From Octopus sinensis (Eukaryota): 64,000 nucleotides of DNA. Below the pieces are notes generated by a model. That model was not told the DNA's origin and searched no databases. It saw only the letters and a list, made by a program, of their open reading frames with translations. This document shows positions 1-13,936 of this stretch, piece after piece (the first letter of the stretch is position 1; each line of letters begins with the position of its first letter). The translations under genes and the position numbers were made by a program. Where the stretch lies: contig NC_043001.1 in the NCBI RefSeq assembly GCF_006345805.1, forward strand, positions 12,152,001 through 12,216,000, in the 5' to 3' direction.

Positions 1-223
1 ATCTGTGAAAATTGTTATCTTTTGAAAATACTAACAAATTTTGAAATAGTAGAAACGAATGTCGTTAACTGATTAATCGATTAATTAGTTCAGTTATGTA
101 TTCTTTAATAGAATTCTATTATAACGTATGCAGAGAATTCTATTAGATAATCACACGTTGGATGGTGTTAAAGTAACAGCCTTGACCGAAGCGATCCCAA
201 ATAATATATAGCCATACACATAC

Positions 224-227
<4 letters not shown>

Positions 228-272
<45 letters not shown>
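228..272. repeat. (TA)n microsatellite
   Basis: Direct reading of uninterrupted TA repeats. Confidence 0.95.
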
Positions 273-274
<2 letters not shown>

Positions 275-275
<1 letters not shown>

Positions 276-806
276 AAAAATAAAAACGGAAAATACGCAT
301 ACTTACATGGTTATGGTATAATTTTTAATGTATCGACCGGTTTCGCAATCGCTATTCATGATACAATGTTTAATTTATATGAAAATATATTTTTTCTTAA
401 GAAGAAAATGGGTCCATGTTGTTTATAATGAGATTCACGAGTGAATGATTTTACAAGTTGACAAGTAAAGGGAGGTAATTGGTTGTTATCATTGTTATTG
501 TTGTGTGTAGGGGAGATAACTGTTTAGGTTTTGGGTGGGGAAAAATATGTGTACAGAAAAGAGACAGGTTTAAAAAAAAGGGGGTCTTGTTTAGTAGGGG
601 ATTTATGTACAGTGATGTAATATGTAAAACTATAAAAATTGGTTATGCGTGCTTATTAAGACGCGTTTTGTATTTTTCAATGAAAAAGTTTCTTTATTTA
701 AGCGTTCTAGTTGAGAGATTCTGTCTTTGCACTGGTAGAAAGGGAAAACTGTAAAATTTGGTTTGATGTTACCTGCACATTTTTCTATGTGTTCACTAGC
801 AAAATG
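275..806 (-). mobile_element. Penelope-like element (PLE) 3' fragment: C-terminus of GIY-YIG endonuclease plus 3' region with degenerate hammerhead
   Basis: Minus strand 806->645 translates HFASEHIEKCAGNIKPNFTVFPFYQCKDRISQLERLNKET, then after a 1-nt frameshift FIEKYKTRLNKHA*. This fits the SEH..C....F...PFY..R..KE..FI..Y...LN end of PLE GIY-YIG domains. A hammerhead-like motif follows at 329-365 and the element ends at (TA)n. Confidence 0.7.
329..365 (-). ncRNA. Degenerate minimal type-I hammerhead ribozyme
   Basis: Minus strand: tgtatc-ATGAATA-gc gatt gc-GAAAC-cg-GTC-gataca. Stem I is a perfect 6 bp and stem III is palindromic (accggt), but CUGANGA carries two substitutions. Confidence 0.55.
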
Positions 807-807
807 T

Positions 808-831
808 GTAGTAGTAGTAGTAGTAGTAGTA

Positions 832-880
<49 letters not shown>
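808..880. repeat. (GTA)n microsatellite
   Basis: Direct reading. Confidence 0.95.
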
Positions 881-1299
881 CGTGGTGGTAGCTTTGTGGT
901 TAATGATGTTGGCGTCGGCGGTAACGACGTTGGTAACACGGTGTGACACCGTTTTCGGCACATAGTGTCATTTTCGCGCTAGAATATTTTATGGCTATAG
1001 TATTTGTGGTTGGAAATGGTTGTAAGTTGATGATTATATTCGGCCGGTTGCGTTGGTGACGAGACTGATTTATGAGGTGGAGACATTATTCACTGCGTTG
1101 GTGTGAAGCAATATTATTGACGCAGAATATATTAGCCGAGTTATTTACTTTTCCTTCCGCCTTCGTGCAAAATCCACTTCGACAAGCTGTCTCTCTTTGT
1201 TTCCGGAGTATTTGCGGGTAAGACAACGAATGTACTGATCACAGACTTTTAATCCGGTATCATCCTACTTACCATTGGCATTGTGGAAGCAGTCTTCGT

Positions 1300-2900
<1,601 letters not shown>

Positions 2901-3904
2901 CCACCACCAACATCCGTCATCTTTACGACAGTCATCACCAACAAACCAACCGAACCTTTATTCTTCAACGAATATCTTCCCTGCCGCCGTCTCATACAAA
3001 ATCCGCCGCTGCCATTGTCTCTACCATCTCTGCTATATCGATTGCTGCATTATGCCTAAGCATCGTTCGACCTCCATCACCACGCCGGCAGTTTATCAAC
3101 CATTACTGCATCGTTTTGGATTACAGATCACATGTACTTTGTTACTAGTCTCCTACTCTCCCAGATAAACTTATCCTTCTATGTACTGAGTGAACTACGT
3201 TCATTATAAATGTTTTGTTGTGCTGGTGTGTTTGTTGTAGTTTCCTATAAATAGGATTATTTCAACGACACTCAGCACGACGTTAAGATGAAGCAAAGTA
3301 AGAAAAGAGAGAAAGAAGAAACACTGCATAAACGACCGCTAGAAATACGATGTCGAGGAGGAAAAATGTATAAAGCAAATATATTGAAATATATCAAGAG
3401 GCAATGCTGTAGTCTTAGAAATTATGCTAGATCGACTGGTGCAAGCTTTTCTGTAAATACATGCGTTCAGTTTAGATTTTCTGCTACTGTTCGCCATGTT
3501 TCATTTTTGTAGCTTTTGCTGTTTTTGTTGTTCTTGTTACTCCTGTTTTTATTACTGTATTTTATCATTATTTAAACTCTTCACATCGATTAATCATTAC
3601 TGAATAGATCTATGATCACAGGTGTTCAAACTGACTTTACTATCATTGCACTATAAGGCGAAAGATAACCTTTCATTTTTATTTAACAAATTAGATTGTG
3701 ATCAAGAAAATAAAAGTTAAGAGTAATCGCTACTATTTCCAAATTTCTGAGTTTTTCTCCTGTGTATGTGTTATAACCACGTTCTGACACAAAAATCCTA
3801 ATTTTTATCTAATGCAATATCTGTGGCACATAACGAATTTTTATTCAACCGGGTTGCTAATCGCAACATCAGTGATTTTTCTGTACTACTAGCAACGAGG
3901 CTTC

Positions 3905-4290
3905 TCACCATCATCATTGTTCGACCGTGGTCGAGACAATGGAATTTACTATGTTACGCCGGACTTCACGGTCCATCATAACATTACGGAGGTCCTGTTG
4001 CTGGATGCCTGTATCCCTGGAGATTACATCAGAGTAGGAGAGTGTGCGCCCTCTGGAATCGCGACAGATGGTTTCCAGAAGGAAGAGTAGAAATTACCTC
4101 GTTTTCAGCCCTACAACAATGTCCAGCAAACTGGACTCTTCTACCTTTTACAAGAGATGATACAGGTGGTAATTTCCCATATATTTTTACTTTGGTTGGA
4201 TGACGCTTTTGAGCTCTCATAAGGAGATGAGTGTAAGTTCTATCCAACCGCCTCTCAAGCTTCTTTGATAACGTCCAAAGCTTGTCATAG
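3905..4290 (-). mobile_element. RTE-like LINE 3' fragment
   Basis: Minus-strand translation WTLSKKLERRLDRTYTHLLMRAQ..HPTKVKIYGKLPPVSSLVKGRRVQFAGHCCR resembles the post-RT C-terminal region of RTE-group ORF2. Ends in a short (TGA)n tail near 3908. Confidence 0.7.
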
Positions 4291-4678
4291 TATGCGGCTG
4301 GCAGTGGATAAATGGTGCTGACAAAGTCCAACCAGAAAGAGATGTACACCTAACATTCTCACCGTGGCTGCGGGACAGTTTTTGTACGTACTGATATAGA
4401 TTAGGCCAAATCTATGATTCAGTTACAGGTAATCCGTTACAACACAGAAAGAAAAGACAATTTCAAGAATATTGTAATTCATTTTGGATATTTTGTAACC
4501 TCTTACCTACAAATCTTTATCTTTCGGAGCACACACATTGGGTTTCGCTTCTTAACACCAGACGCTATTATATGTGGACAAAACGGTGAAACCGTATGGC
4601 ATATTACCAGCTAATATTTACGTCTGTGTATCGGCTTCTTTCCATTCTCGTTCATTTGTGACTTTATTGTTTGCTTCC

Positions 4679-6336
4679 ATGTCCCCTAAGAAAATTCGTA
4701 GCGAAGGTGCTAAGCGTCATGCTATAACGCTGGAAGATAAAATGGTTTAGGATAAAACGCCTTGAAAAAGGTGAAAAATAGGTAACAATTGCACAATGTT
4801 TAGGGATGAGTCTGACAACTGTATCGACGATTGTATATAATAAGGACAAAAGTTTAGCACATATGAAATCTGATGCCCCAGGGATGAAGAAGGCTGTGAT
4901 CAATAAGAAAAGAAGCAACATTTTTGAAGAAATGGAAAATGTTCTTTCTCTTTTGATTGTCGTGTTTAATCTTCAGTTTGCTATAATTCAAGAGTAATCA
5001 TTGTCTTTGTGTGAGGAACTGAAGAAAAAATATACAGATGAGAAAGATGTAGAGTTCAAAGCAAGTCAAGGATGGTTCAGGAGATTTAAGGAGCGAAGTT
5101 ATCACTCCATTAAGAAGCAAAGTGAAAGTGCATCAGCTGACGAAGAGGCAGCCGTGGAATTTCCTAATGCATTAAAGAAAATCATCGAAGAAAACGCGTT
5201 TCTTCCAGAAAATGTTTTTAACGTAAACGAACTGAATTGTATACGAAAAAATTGCCAGACCGTTCATTCACTTCTAATAAGGAGAAACCTATTCCAGGTT
5301 ATAAGTTCTCAAAAGAAGGTATGACCATTATGTTGGAAGGTAATTGTGCAGGAGATTTTAAGTTAAAGCTATTGCTTGTGTATCATGCACACAACTGGTG
5401 TGCTTTGAAAAACATACCCAAAGCATCTCTCCCTGTTATATGGATGGCTATTACAAAAGCATGGGTTACTGTTCTTGTTTTGGAAAATTCTCCAATCATT
5501 ATATCCCAGCAGCAGAGACGTAAAGAGATTTTACTTATCTTAGATTCCTTTTAGGGATTTATTTATCTTAGATAATGCTCCTGGCCACCTGCAAAACATC
5601 GTAGATTTAGAGACCCCAACGTTACCATCTTATACCTCCCTCTGAACACCACGTCTCGTCTGCAGTCAATGAAACAGGGAATCCTTGCTAGCTTCAAGCG
5701 TTACTATATGAAGCGTTCGTTGGGTCAATCAATAGCTGCAACTGATCTTGATGAGTCCATCCCATTTTGTGACTTTTAGAAAAGATACGATGTCTATAAG
5801 AACATAGCAGCGGTATGGAATGATGCACAGAGTACGGCTATGAATGGTCTTTGGAAGAAGTTTTGCCTACAATTAGTGAATGACTTTAAGGCGTTTAATT
5901 ATGTTGCCATCAACAAAACGTTGGTGACTACGAGCAAAGAACTGGAAATGGATTTGGAGGAGGAGGAGGAATTCACAGATTTATTGGGAAAAGTCGAACA
6001 AGGATAAAATAGAGATTCACGAGCAACAAAATAAAGAAGAAGAGGAATTCGAACCTGAACCATGTCACTTTGCCATTAAGAAAATGTAGCAAGCGTTTGA
6101 ATATATCGAAAAAGGTTTTTCTATGTTCGAGGACATGGATGCAAATGCTAAACGCATTTCTAAGATTATGGCGGCTTGTCATGAAACTTTTGCACTTTAT
6201 GATATAATCCTTGAGGAAAATAAATAAGACAGTTCAAGGAACTCTCAACCATTATTTTAAGCGCATCGAACAACAAGAACAGCCAGAATCAGCTGCTGAT
6301 ATTGACGATGCACAGCCATCTACATCCGCGATGTAA
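4679..6336 (+). pseudogene. Tigger/pogo (CENP-B HTH + DDE_1) transposase pseudogene
   Basis: ATG at 4679 (MSPKKIRSEGAKRHAITLEDK). Motifs FKASQGWFRRFKER, ESASADEEAA, VFNVNE, GDFKLKLLLVY, LDNAPGH and LPLNTTSRLQSMKQGI lie across several frames with stops and frameshifts; TAA at 6334-6336. Confidence 0.9.
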
Positions 6337-6732
6337 ACCCCTAAATTGTATGTATGTTTTGATAAATTTAAAATGATTTAATTTTTTTTACAATTGCAGC
6401 CTGATAATCATTCCTGAATGTGTTTTTTATGCTGAAAAAGGCTTTTATTTTACCATGTTTTATTGGAAACCGCAATCATAAACACCGCAAAATTGTATTC
6501 GTAAATCTAGATTACATTCTTCTTACTGTATTGTATTATGAAATAAAAATTATTTGTTTGTAAGCTTAAAATAGTTGTTTTTTAACCATGTATTATTGAA
6601 AATGCAATCATAAATAAAGTACGGAACTGGGAATGGTTATTATCAGCTTAGTCTACAGAAAGGTACATTCCAGTTAAGTCGTGTCTCCTAGAACCAATTA
6701 ACGAACAACGTAGAGTGAAATATGACTGCGTG

Positions 6733-6880
6733 CATACATACATACATACATACATACATGCATACATACATACATACATACATACGTACATACATACATA
6801 CATATATGCATACACACATACGTATATACATATATATCTATGTATGTATACACACATAAATATAGATATATATACATATA

Positions 6881-6944
<64 letters not shown>
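6733..6944. repeat. (TACA)n/(TA)n microsatellite
   Basis: Direct reading. Confidence 0.9.
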
Positions 6945-6949
<5 letters not shown>

Positions 6950-7097
6950 GTAAGATATGTTAGAGGTAATAGAACATTGTAAGGGGCAGAGGTACCCATA
7001 GGCACTTCTGGTATTACCTCAGTATGTGTGATCCTTGCTGTAAGGTATACGGTAGTAGGTAATTTTAAAGTAAAACCGTGGTTTAATACAAATAGAC

Positions 7098-7510
7098 ACG
7101 ACAAGAAATGGACCAATTAACAGTAAGCAATGGATGATTGGTCATTATTTAATGAATACGAGAGTGTGTTTACAGCTGTTTCTATATATTATGCTGGGGT
7201 ATATTTGTTTTTATCCCGTTACAGTTGATGGATATCTTCAGAACGGTTATATGGTAAAAGATAAATAGAAGGAAAACACAAAGAAAATATAAGGTAAGGA
7301 AAGGAACATTATTCCTTTTTTCATTTCCTTTCCTTATATTTTCTTTCTATTTTCGTGTTATTTATCTTTTGCTATATAACCGTTCTTAAGATGTCTCTCA
7401 ATTGTAACGAGGTAAATAGAAATTTACCTCAGCTGTAAACATACTCTCATCATAATTAAATAAACGCCAACGATCCACTTCTGATTGTTAATTGCTCCAT
7501 TTCTTATCGT
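7098..7510. repeat. Diverged ~200-bp-arm inverted repeat (foldback), PLE terminal-repeat-like
   Basis: acgacaagaaatggaccaattaacag... at the left end matches the reverse complement of ...ttgttaattgctccatttcttatcgt at the right end. Complementarity continues inward to about 7305-7325. Confidence 0.85.
7168..7244 (-). ncRNA. Type-I hammerhead ribozyme motif with long stem II
   Basis: Minus strand: gtt-CTGAAGA-tatccat...atatata-GAAAC-agct-GTA-aac. Core intact, palindromic stem III (acagctgt), short stem I, imperfect stem II. Confidence 0.6.
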
Positions 7511-7516
7511 CTCATC

Positions 7517-7945
<429 letters not shown>

Positions 7946-8260
7946 ACAGGTGAGCACATACGTGCAAATCAGAGTGGTAAAATAGTACTTGAATAACAAA
8001 GGTGCGTATGTATGAGTATGTGAGACGCTTGATGAAGCATCGCTTATATATATATATCTAATAAGGATTGCAAAGCAGCTGTCGATTAATGGATTATTGA
8101 ATCTTTCAGTCACTTCACTATTCTAATCAGATCATATTACAAACACACACACCAAACACACATAAACACAAACGCACACACACATATCTCCTTCAAGATA
8201 CACGCACACAGGCACCAGAATAATGTATCGTCTCGTTATTGTTCTGTAATACAGAATATT

Positions 8261-8677
8261 TACTCTTTTACTCTTTTACTTGTTTCAGTCATTTGACTGC
8301 GGTCATGCTGGAGCACCGCCTTTAGTCGAGCAAATCGATCCCGGGAGTTATTCCTTGTAAGCCCAGTACTTATTCTATCGGTCTCTTTTGCCGAACCGCT
8401 GATGACGGGGACGTAAACACACCAGCATTGGTTGTCAAGCAATGCTAGGGGGACAAACACAGACACACAAACATATACATACACATACATACATACATAT
8501 ATATACATATATACGACAGGCTTCTTTCAGTTTCCGTCTACCAAATCCACCCACAAGGCATTGGTCGGCCCGGGGCTATAGCAGAAGACATTTGCCCAAG
8601 ATGCCACGCAGTGGGACTGAACCCGGAACCATGTGGTTGGTTAGCAAGCTACTTACCACACAGCCACTCCTGCGCCT
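8261..8677 (-). mobile_element. tRNA-headed SINE family A, full length
   Basis: Head ggcgcaggagtggctgtgtggtaag...ggttcagtccc (A/B-box-like), internal TA/TG microsatellite, (gtaaaaga)n tail. Matches copies at 9522, 42329 and 57291. Confidence 0.9.
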
Positions 8678-9521
8678 ATTTATATAATTTTACCACCAAA
8701 CTCCAGTTGTTTAACATAAGAATTCGCTTTTCTATATGAAACTTATGCTTCGATAAATTATTCGATGGTTTGTATCCTTTCTGGGGATTCCGCTTCGAGC
8801 AAAATGCTAGCTTTAGTTGCTCAAGGGAGCATTGCTTATAAAGCCATCTCAAGATCTTAAGTAAAGAGGATGGAATGATTTGAGAATATAAAGCAATTTA
8901 CAGGTAGAACTAGAATTATGTATAGTTATTTATTTGTAAAGCCTGTACCTTTATGTAGGTGGGAATATCTTGCTTTGATTGATATAATTAGAAAGATCAC
9001 CCGATCCAATTCGAAATATACCGTCGTGATTTCATCAGCGACTACCTGTTCTCATTATCTCCCTCTAGTGACAATCCTTATAAGCTCATCATCATTAAGT
9101 TCTTACGTAAACCTAATAGACTGTACAATATCGTATTAAAACTAAACACTGCTCATGTAACAATATCAAACATTCATTATTCAAACGATGTGATTGGAAT
9201 GAATAATATATGCAAATCGACCTCAGCGATTTACTTACGCTCTTGGTATTAGTTGAATTATAAGCATAAGTTCTGAGAGCAATTACAGGGGATACATTAC
9301 CAATGACACAATCCCATCAGGAGATGTAAAGTAATTGCAAGGATGTATCGTTCGTTAATCTAAATATCTTATAATAGAACGGCAAACATTTTGCGAAAGT
9401 TTATATCAAAGAGTCAGCTGAATTCGTCAGCCTATATTTCTTAAAATATTACGAATATGAAAAGAAATGGCACCCCGCTTTCTATTACGAAATGTTAAAA
9501 ATGGAATGTTAATAATGTATA

Positions 9522-9683
9522 GGCGCAGCAGTGGCTGTGTAGTAAGTAGCTTACTTTCTAACCACATCGTTACGGGTTCAGTCCCACGGCATGGAGCCGT
9601 AAGCAAATGTCTTCTACTATAGCCTCGGGCAGACCAAAGCATTGTCAGTGGATTTGGTAGACGGAAATTGAAAGAAACCCTTC

Positions 9684-9729
<46 letters not shown>

Positions 9730-9960
9730 GGGTGGGGTATGTGTATATGTTTTTCTGTTTCTGTTTGCCCCCCTCAACATCGCTTGGCAACCGATGCTGG
9801 TGTGTTTATGATCACGTAACTTAGCGTTTCGGAAAAAGAGACCGATAGAATAAATACTAGGCTTACAAAGAATACGTCCTGGGGTCGATTTGTTCGACTA
9901 AAGGCAGTGCTCCAGCATGTCCGCAGTCAAATGACTGAAACAAATGAAAGAATTAAAGAA
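9522..9960 (+). mobile_element. SINE family A, full length
   Basis: Same head, body and tail as 8261-8677. Confidence 0.9.
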
Positions 9961-10508
9961 TGTCTTACATATTAGATACATATACTGGAAATCTCTGGTA
10001 CTCATCTGTGGACTATATTTATACATACATTTATATATATATAGCGAGAGAGAGTGAGAGAGCGAGGCCGTCAGTATTTTGGAAATAAATCCTTATATTT
10101 CTTCATCATTATGGCGCTTTCGTTCCTCTCCAGAACAAATACAATTTTGTGAATCTACAAACAGTATGTTCTGTAATTTAAAACGGATGTTTTTTCAGGG
10201 TTTTGTTTAGAAGAGAACTTTGTTTTTTGTTTTCTTTTTGGGAGATGAGGTTCCAATTGAATGGAGATGGATAGATAGAAATATAGATAGGTAGATAGGT
10301 TAATAGGTTGCGATGTCAAGCCGTAATTAAGACGTAGTCGGACAATGGAGACAACGATGATTTGTATATATATTTTTTACGTTACCCTTAAGTTATATTT
10401 ACTTAGTAAAATTTTAATTATCATTTGTAAATTTTGCATTTCGTCATTCGTACTATAGTTTTTATTCGAAAATATTTATTCGTCATTGCTTCCATTTTTA
10501 TTCGAATA

Positions 10509-10889
10509 CTAGCAGTATCGCCCGGCGTTGCTCGGGTTTGTAAGGGAAATAACTATATAAGCATTTTTAGAGAGTTATAGTAAAAAAATAGCAAAAATGG
10601 AAAACAAATGATGGTAAAGTTTTTTTAAATCTTTGACTCATCGTAGACATTTTTAGAGAGTTACATCCCTTATATAATAGCGAAAAAATGTATTAAAATG
10701 GAAAAAATGATGGTATTTTTTTTTTAATCATAGACTCATCGTAGACGCGCGCTAATACCCAGAAGGGCTCGATATGAATCACGACTATAAGATACCCGGT
10801 TTTGGTTAAACTGCACCGCAAAATGTGGGAGTAGTTAGGAATCTAAATCGTAGGAGACAGACACACAACTTCTCTTTTATATATAAAGA
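10509..10889 (-). mobile_element. Non-autonomous Helitron
   Basis: Minus strand begins TCTTTATATATAAAA and ends with hairpin cccgagcaacgccggg followed by ...CTAG. Inserted between A and T with no TSD; second copy at 53423-53795. Confidence 0.85.
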
Positions 10890-11148
10890 TATCTTTTTGC
10901 CATTCCTTTCATTTTATATCATTTTTATCATTACAAGTATATATTTTATTTTATCCCTATATATTATTAATTTTATATCTATAGACATAAGTTACGTGAG
11001 AAAATAGTTTTAGTAAATTTTTATTTCCATTCGTATTTTATATTTAGTAGGGTCCGGCGAACCTATTTTACACATACTTATTTGTTTAAAAAGTTAAAAT
11101 ATAGTTTATAGTATCATACTATGAGAAAGTGATATAGAGGCCTGATGA

Positions 11149-11363
11149 AAGCATTCTGTGCCGTATGAATATGTCCCTCGTTTAAGAAACAGACTGGGTT
11201 TATTTACATTTGTGAAGAAAAAAATATACCCTTCCCCCACCCCTAACCCTAACCCTAACTTAGGGTTAGGGCTGGGGGAAGGGTATCTTTTTTTCTTCAC
11301 AAATGTAAATAAACCCAATCTGTTTCTTAAACGAGGGACATATTCATACGGCACAGAATGCTT
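11149..11363. repeat. Near-perfect 215-bp palindrome centred on (CCCTAA)n/(TTAGGG)n
   Basis: aagcattctgtgccgtatg... and ...catacggcacagaatgctt arms of about 104 bp with few mismatches; 7-nt loop ccctaac. Confidence 0.95.
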
Positions 11364-13218
11364 CGACTCAATAGACGGTCATTGATTGGTTAAAATTGCC
11401 GAAATGCAAGAGATTAAAGACGAAATATATTACAAACTACAGAAATTTTTCAAGAAAGCCAAGAGAAAATGATGTTTTATAAACACATTCTACCAGTATA
11501 CGAAGTTTAAAATTTTTTAGTTACCTAGAAATTATGTTAAAAACTGCCGTTCAAACCGAAATAGTCCATATATATATATATGCATGATTGATGTTCGAGT
11601 CTAAAACTGACATCTATTTATGTCTCCTTTATTCAGGAATAGTTGAATGTATTGATGAGCAAACAAAAAGAGAGTGGGAAGATTCAAGTTATAATTGAGA
11701 GAAAATATTAACTGTAAACGGCGTGAGACTTGATATGGACATCTGCAAAGGAAACAACGAAGCCGTGGCCAGTAGGAAGGGACACAGCAGTCACTCTGAC
11801 TGCATTCTTGAGCCGTAAATCGTCTCCAAGATTTGACTAGTGCTTTAAGCTCAATTCAGGCGACTCTACCAATCTGTACGAGACTGTGCCCAGTTTCTGG
11901 CTGAAGGGTTTTGGTGCCAGAAGGTTAAATCTGCGAATTCAGGATTCAATTCTTTGCCATACTTCCGGAAAAGGTCAGAAGGGATTGTCAGAGAATTTCT
12001 AAGATTTCCCCATTCCTAGTTTAGTGTTTCGTAATTCCCTTGCCGTAAATCTTCGAAGATATTCTCAGGTACACTCATGAGGAATGCATGCGCTTGTGGT
12101 AATAGCAGAATTGCTTTAGTACTGGAAGCTGCTGGGCAACATTGAGTAACTCTTATCTTCTAGTCATAATTTAATTGATATATTTTCAGGGATTTTTTCT
12201 CAAATATTGAACATCCATTTTATGACTGAATGCTACGTATTTATTTTCCTTTGATGCAATCTGTCAACTTTAGGCCGCTCGGCCTGTATATATATTCTAA
12301 TCTGAATACCCCATTTACTGAATCACTTAGCAGAAGTTTTGCAACAGTGTTTATAAGAATATACTCTGAATACTCTATAGGCAGGAATCCTGCATGCGTT
12401 GAACAGTTCAGCAACTCTACAACTAATCTTCTCGGTGGGAAACGGAAATTCTGAAGAAGGCCTGTAACCTAGTTTGTCACGTTGTAACTTGAAACCTGGA
12501 TGAATAAGATTTTATAAATAATAGTCAAGGAAGCTGAGAATATAAAGTTTATATGTAAATTTTATATAAATCTCAATCCAAACGGGAGAAACAATTTCTT
12601 TACTGAGTTCATATTAAATATTCATCTTGGATAGTTCATATAGGGTTTCCTGCTTAAAGCGATTCAGTTGCATTTGGCACAACTTTACATTTAAAATTTC
12701 TATAAGACTTTATTTTTCTGTACAAATTGAAAATTAATGGCTTTCTGCCACATTTTATTGTTCTATTTGTCAATTGATTTTAATCATAATGAATAATGTA
12801 CCTAGCTAAAACTTGGAAAAACTATATATACGAAAGAAATAATAATTCCCAATAAATTTTCTGCCCTATTTCGTACTTGCAACCAATTTGTAATTATCCG
12901 CTTATTTTGAATGTCTGACGAAATATAAACGAAGATTACGTTATTGTTTTATGGAATTCTAATCCAACATATTTCGTTTTAATACTTGTCTAAAGAAAAA
13001 ACTTTCCAAATATACTTGAGATGATCAATTCTCGGACGATTAATTGGAATAAAGGTAATTAATAACATTGATATATATTCTTTATTTTCCTACTCTGTCA
13101 CATCGTCTTTTCTGTTATCACCCATTTATTTTCTCACACATACCCAGAATAAAATACTCAGTTTTCCCCCTTCTGTCTCTCGCTCTTGTATATACATACA
13201 TACACACACACACACACT

Positions 13219-13257
<39 letters not shown>

Positions 13258-13375
13258 TAGAAGGTTTGGAGATGATGTACAGGTATTTTATACTAGAAGA
13301 AGTGAGGATAGTTTTAGATTTACAGATATTTATTTGTATATTACATGTTTTTATACATCATATAGTATATATATA

Positions 13376-13406
<31 letters not shown>

Positions 13407-13407
13407 C

Positions 13408-13449
<42 letters not shown>

Positions 13450-13486
13450 GTATATATATATATATATGTATGTATGTATGTATGTA

Positions 13487-13742
13487 TACGATGGGCTTCT
13501 GTCAGTTTCCAAGGTGCCGAAGGAGTTATGCAGTGGGACTGAACCTGGAACCATGTGATTGGTAGCAACGTACCACACAGCCTTGTCGTCCACACCATCG
13601 CTTGATTACCGATGTTGGTGTGTTTATGTCCCTGTAACTTAGCAGTTTTGCAAAAGAGACCGACAGGATAAGTACTAGGTTTACAAAGAATAAGTCCTGA
13701 GGTCGATTTGTTCAACTAAAGGCAGTGCTCCAGCATGGCCAC
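13487..13742. mobile_element. Rearranged SINE family A (head on minus, body on plus)
   Basis: 13487-13582 is the reverse-complemented head; 13590-13742 is the forward body through gctccagcatggcc. Confidence 0.7.
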
Positions 13743-13904
13743 GGAAAACTGACTGTGATCATTCCATCTTTTATTCATACATAATGTATCTAAGAGCACA
13801 TCCTATAATGCGTACTACCTTTTTTTAACTCACAGAGATTTTATTTCAGGGCGTCTTGGCTGCTATCTCTAGCCCCGTTCCTTTTCTTCCGACTTCTTTA
13901 CATT

Positions 13905-13936
<32 letters not shown>

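Noticed and set aside
11241-11271. Telomere-telomere fusion scar
   Set aside because: Orientation is CCCTAA then TTAGGG, the opposite of an end-to-end fusion; only a few units, inside a dispersed repeat.
11142-11370. CTGATGA directly before the telomeric palindrome, as if the palindrome were hammerhead stem II
   Set aside because: The arm is followed by CGAC rather than GAAA and there is no stem I or III.
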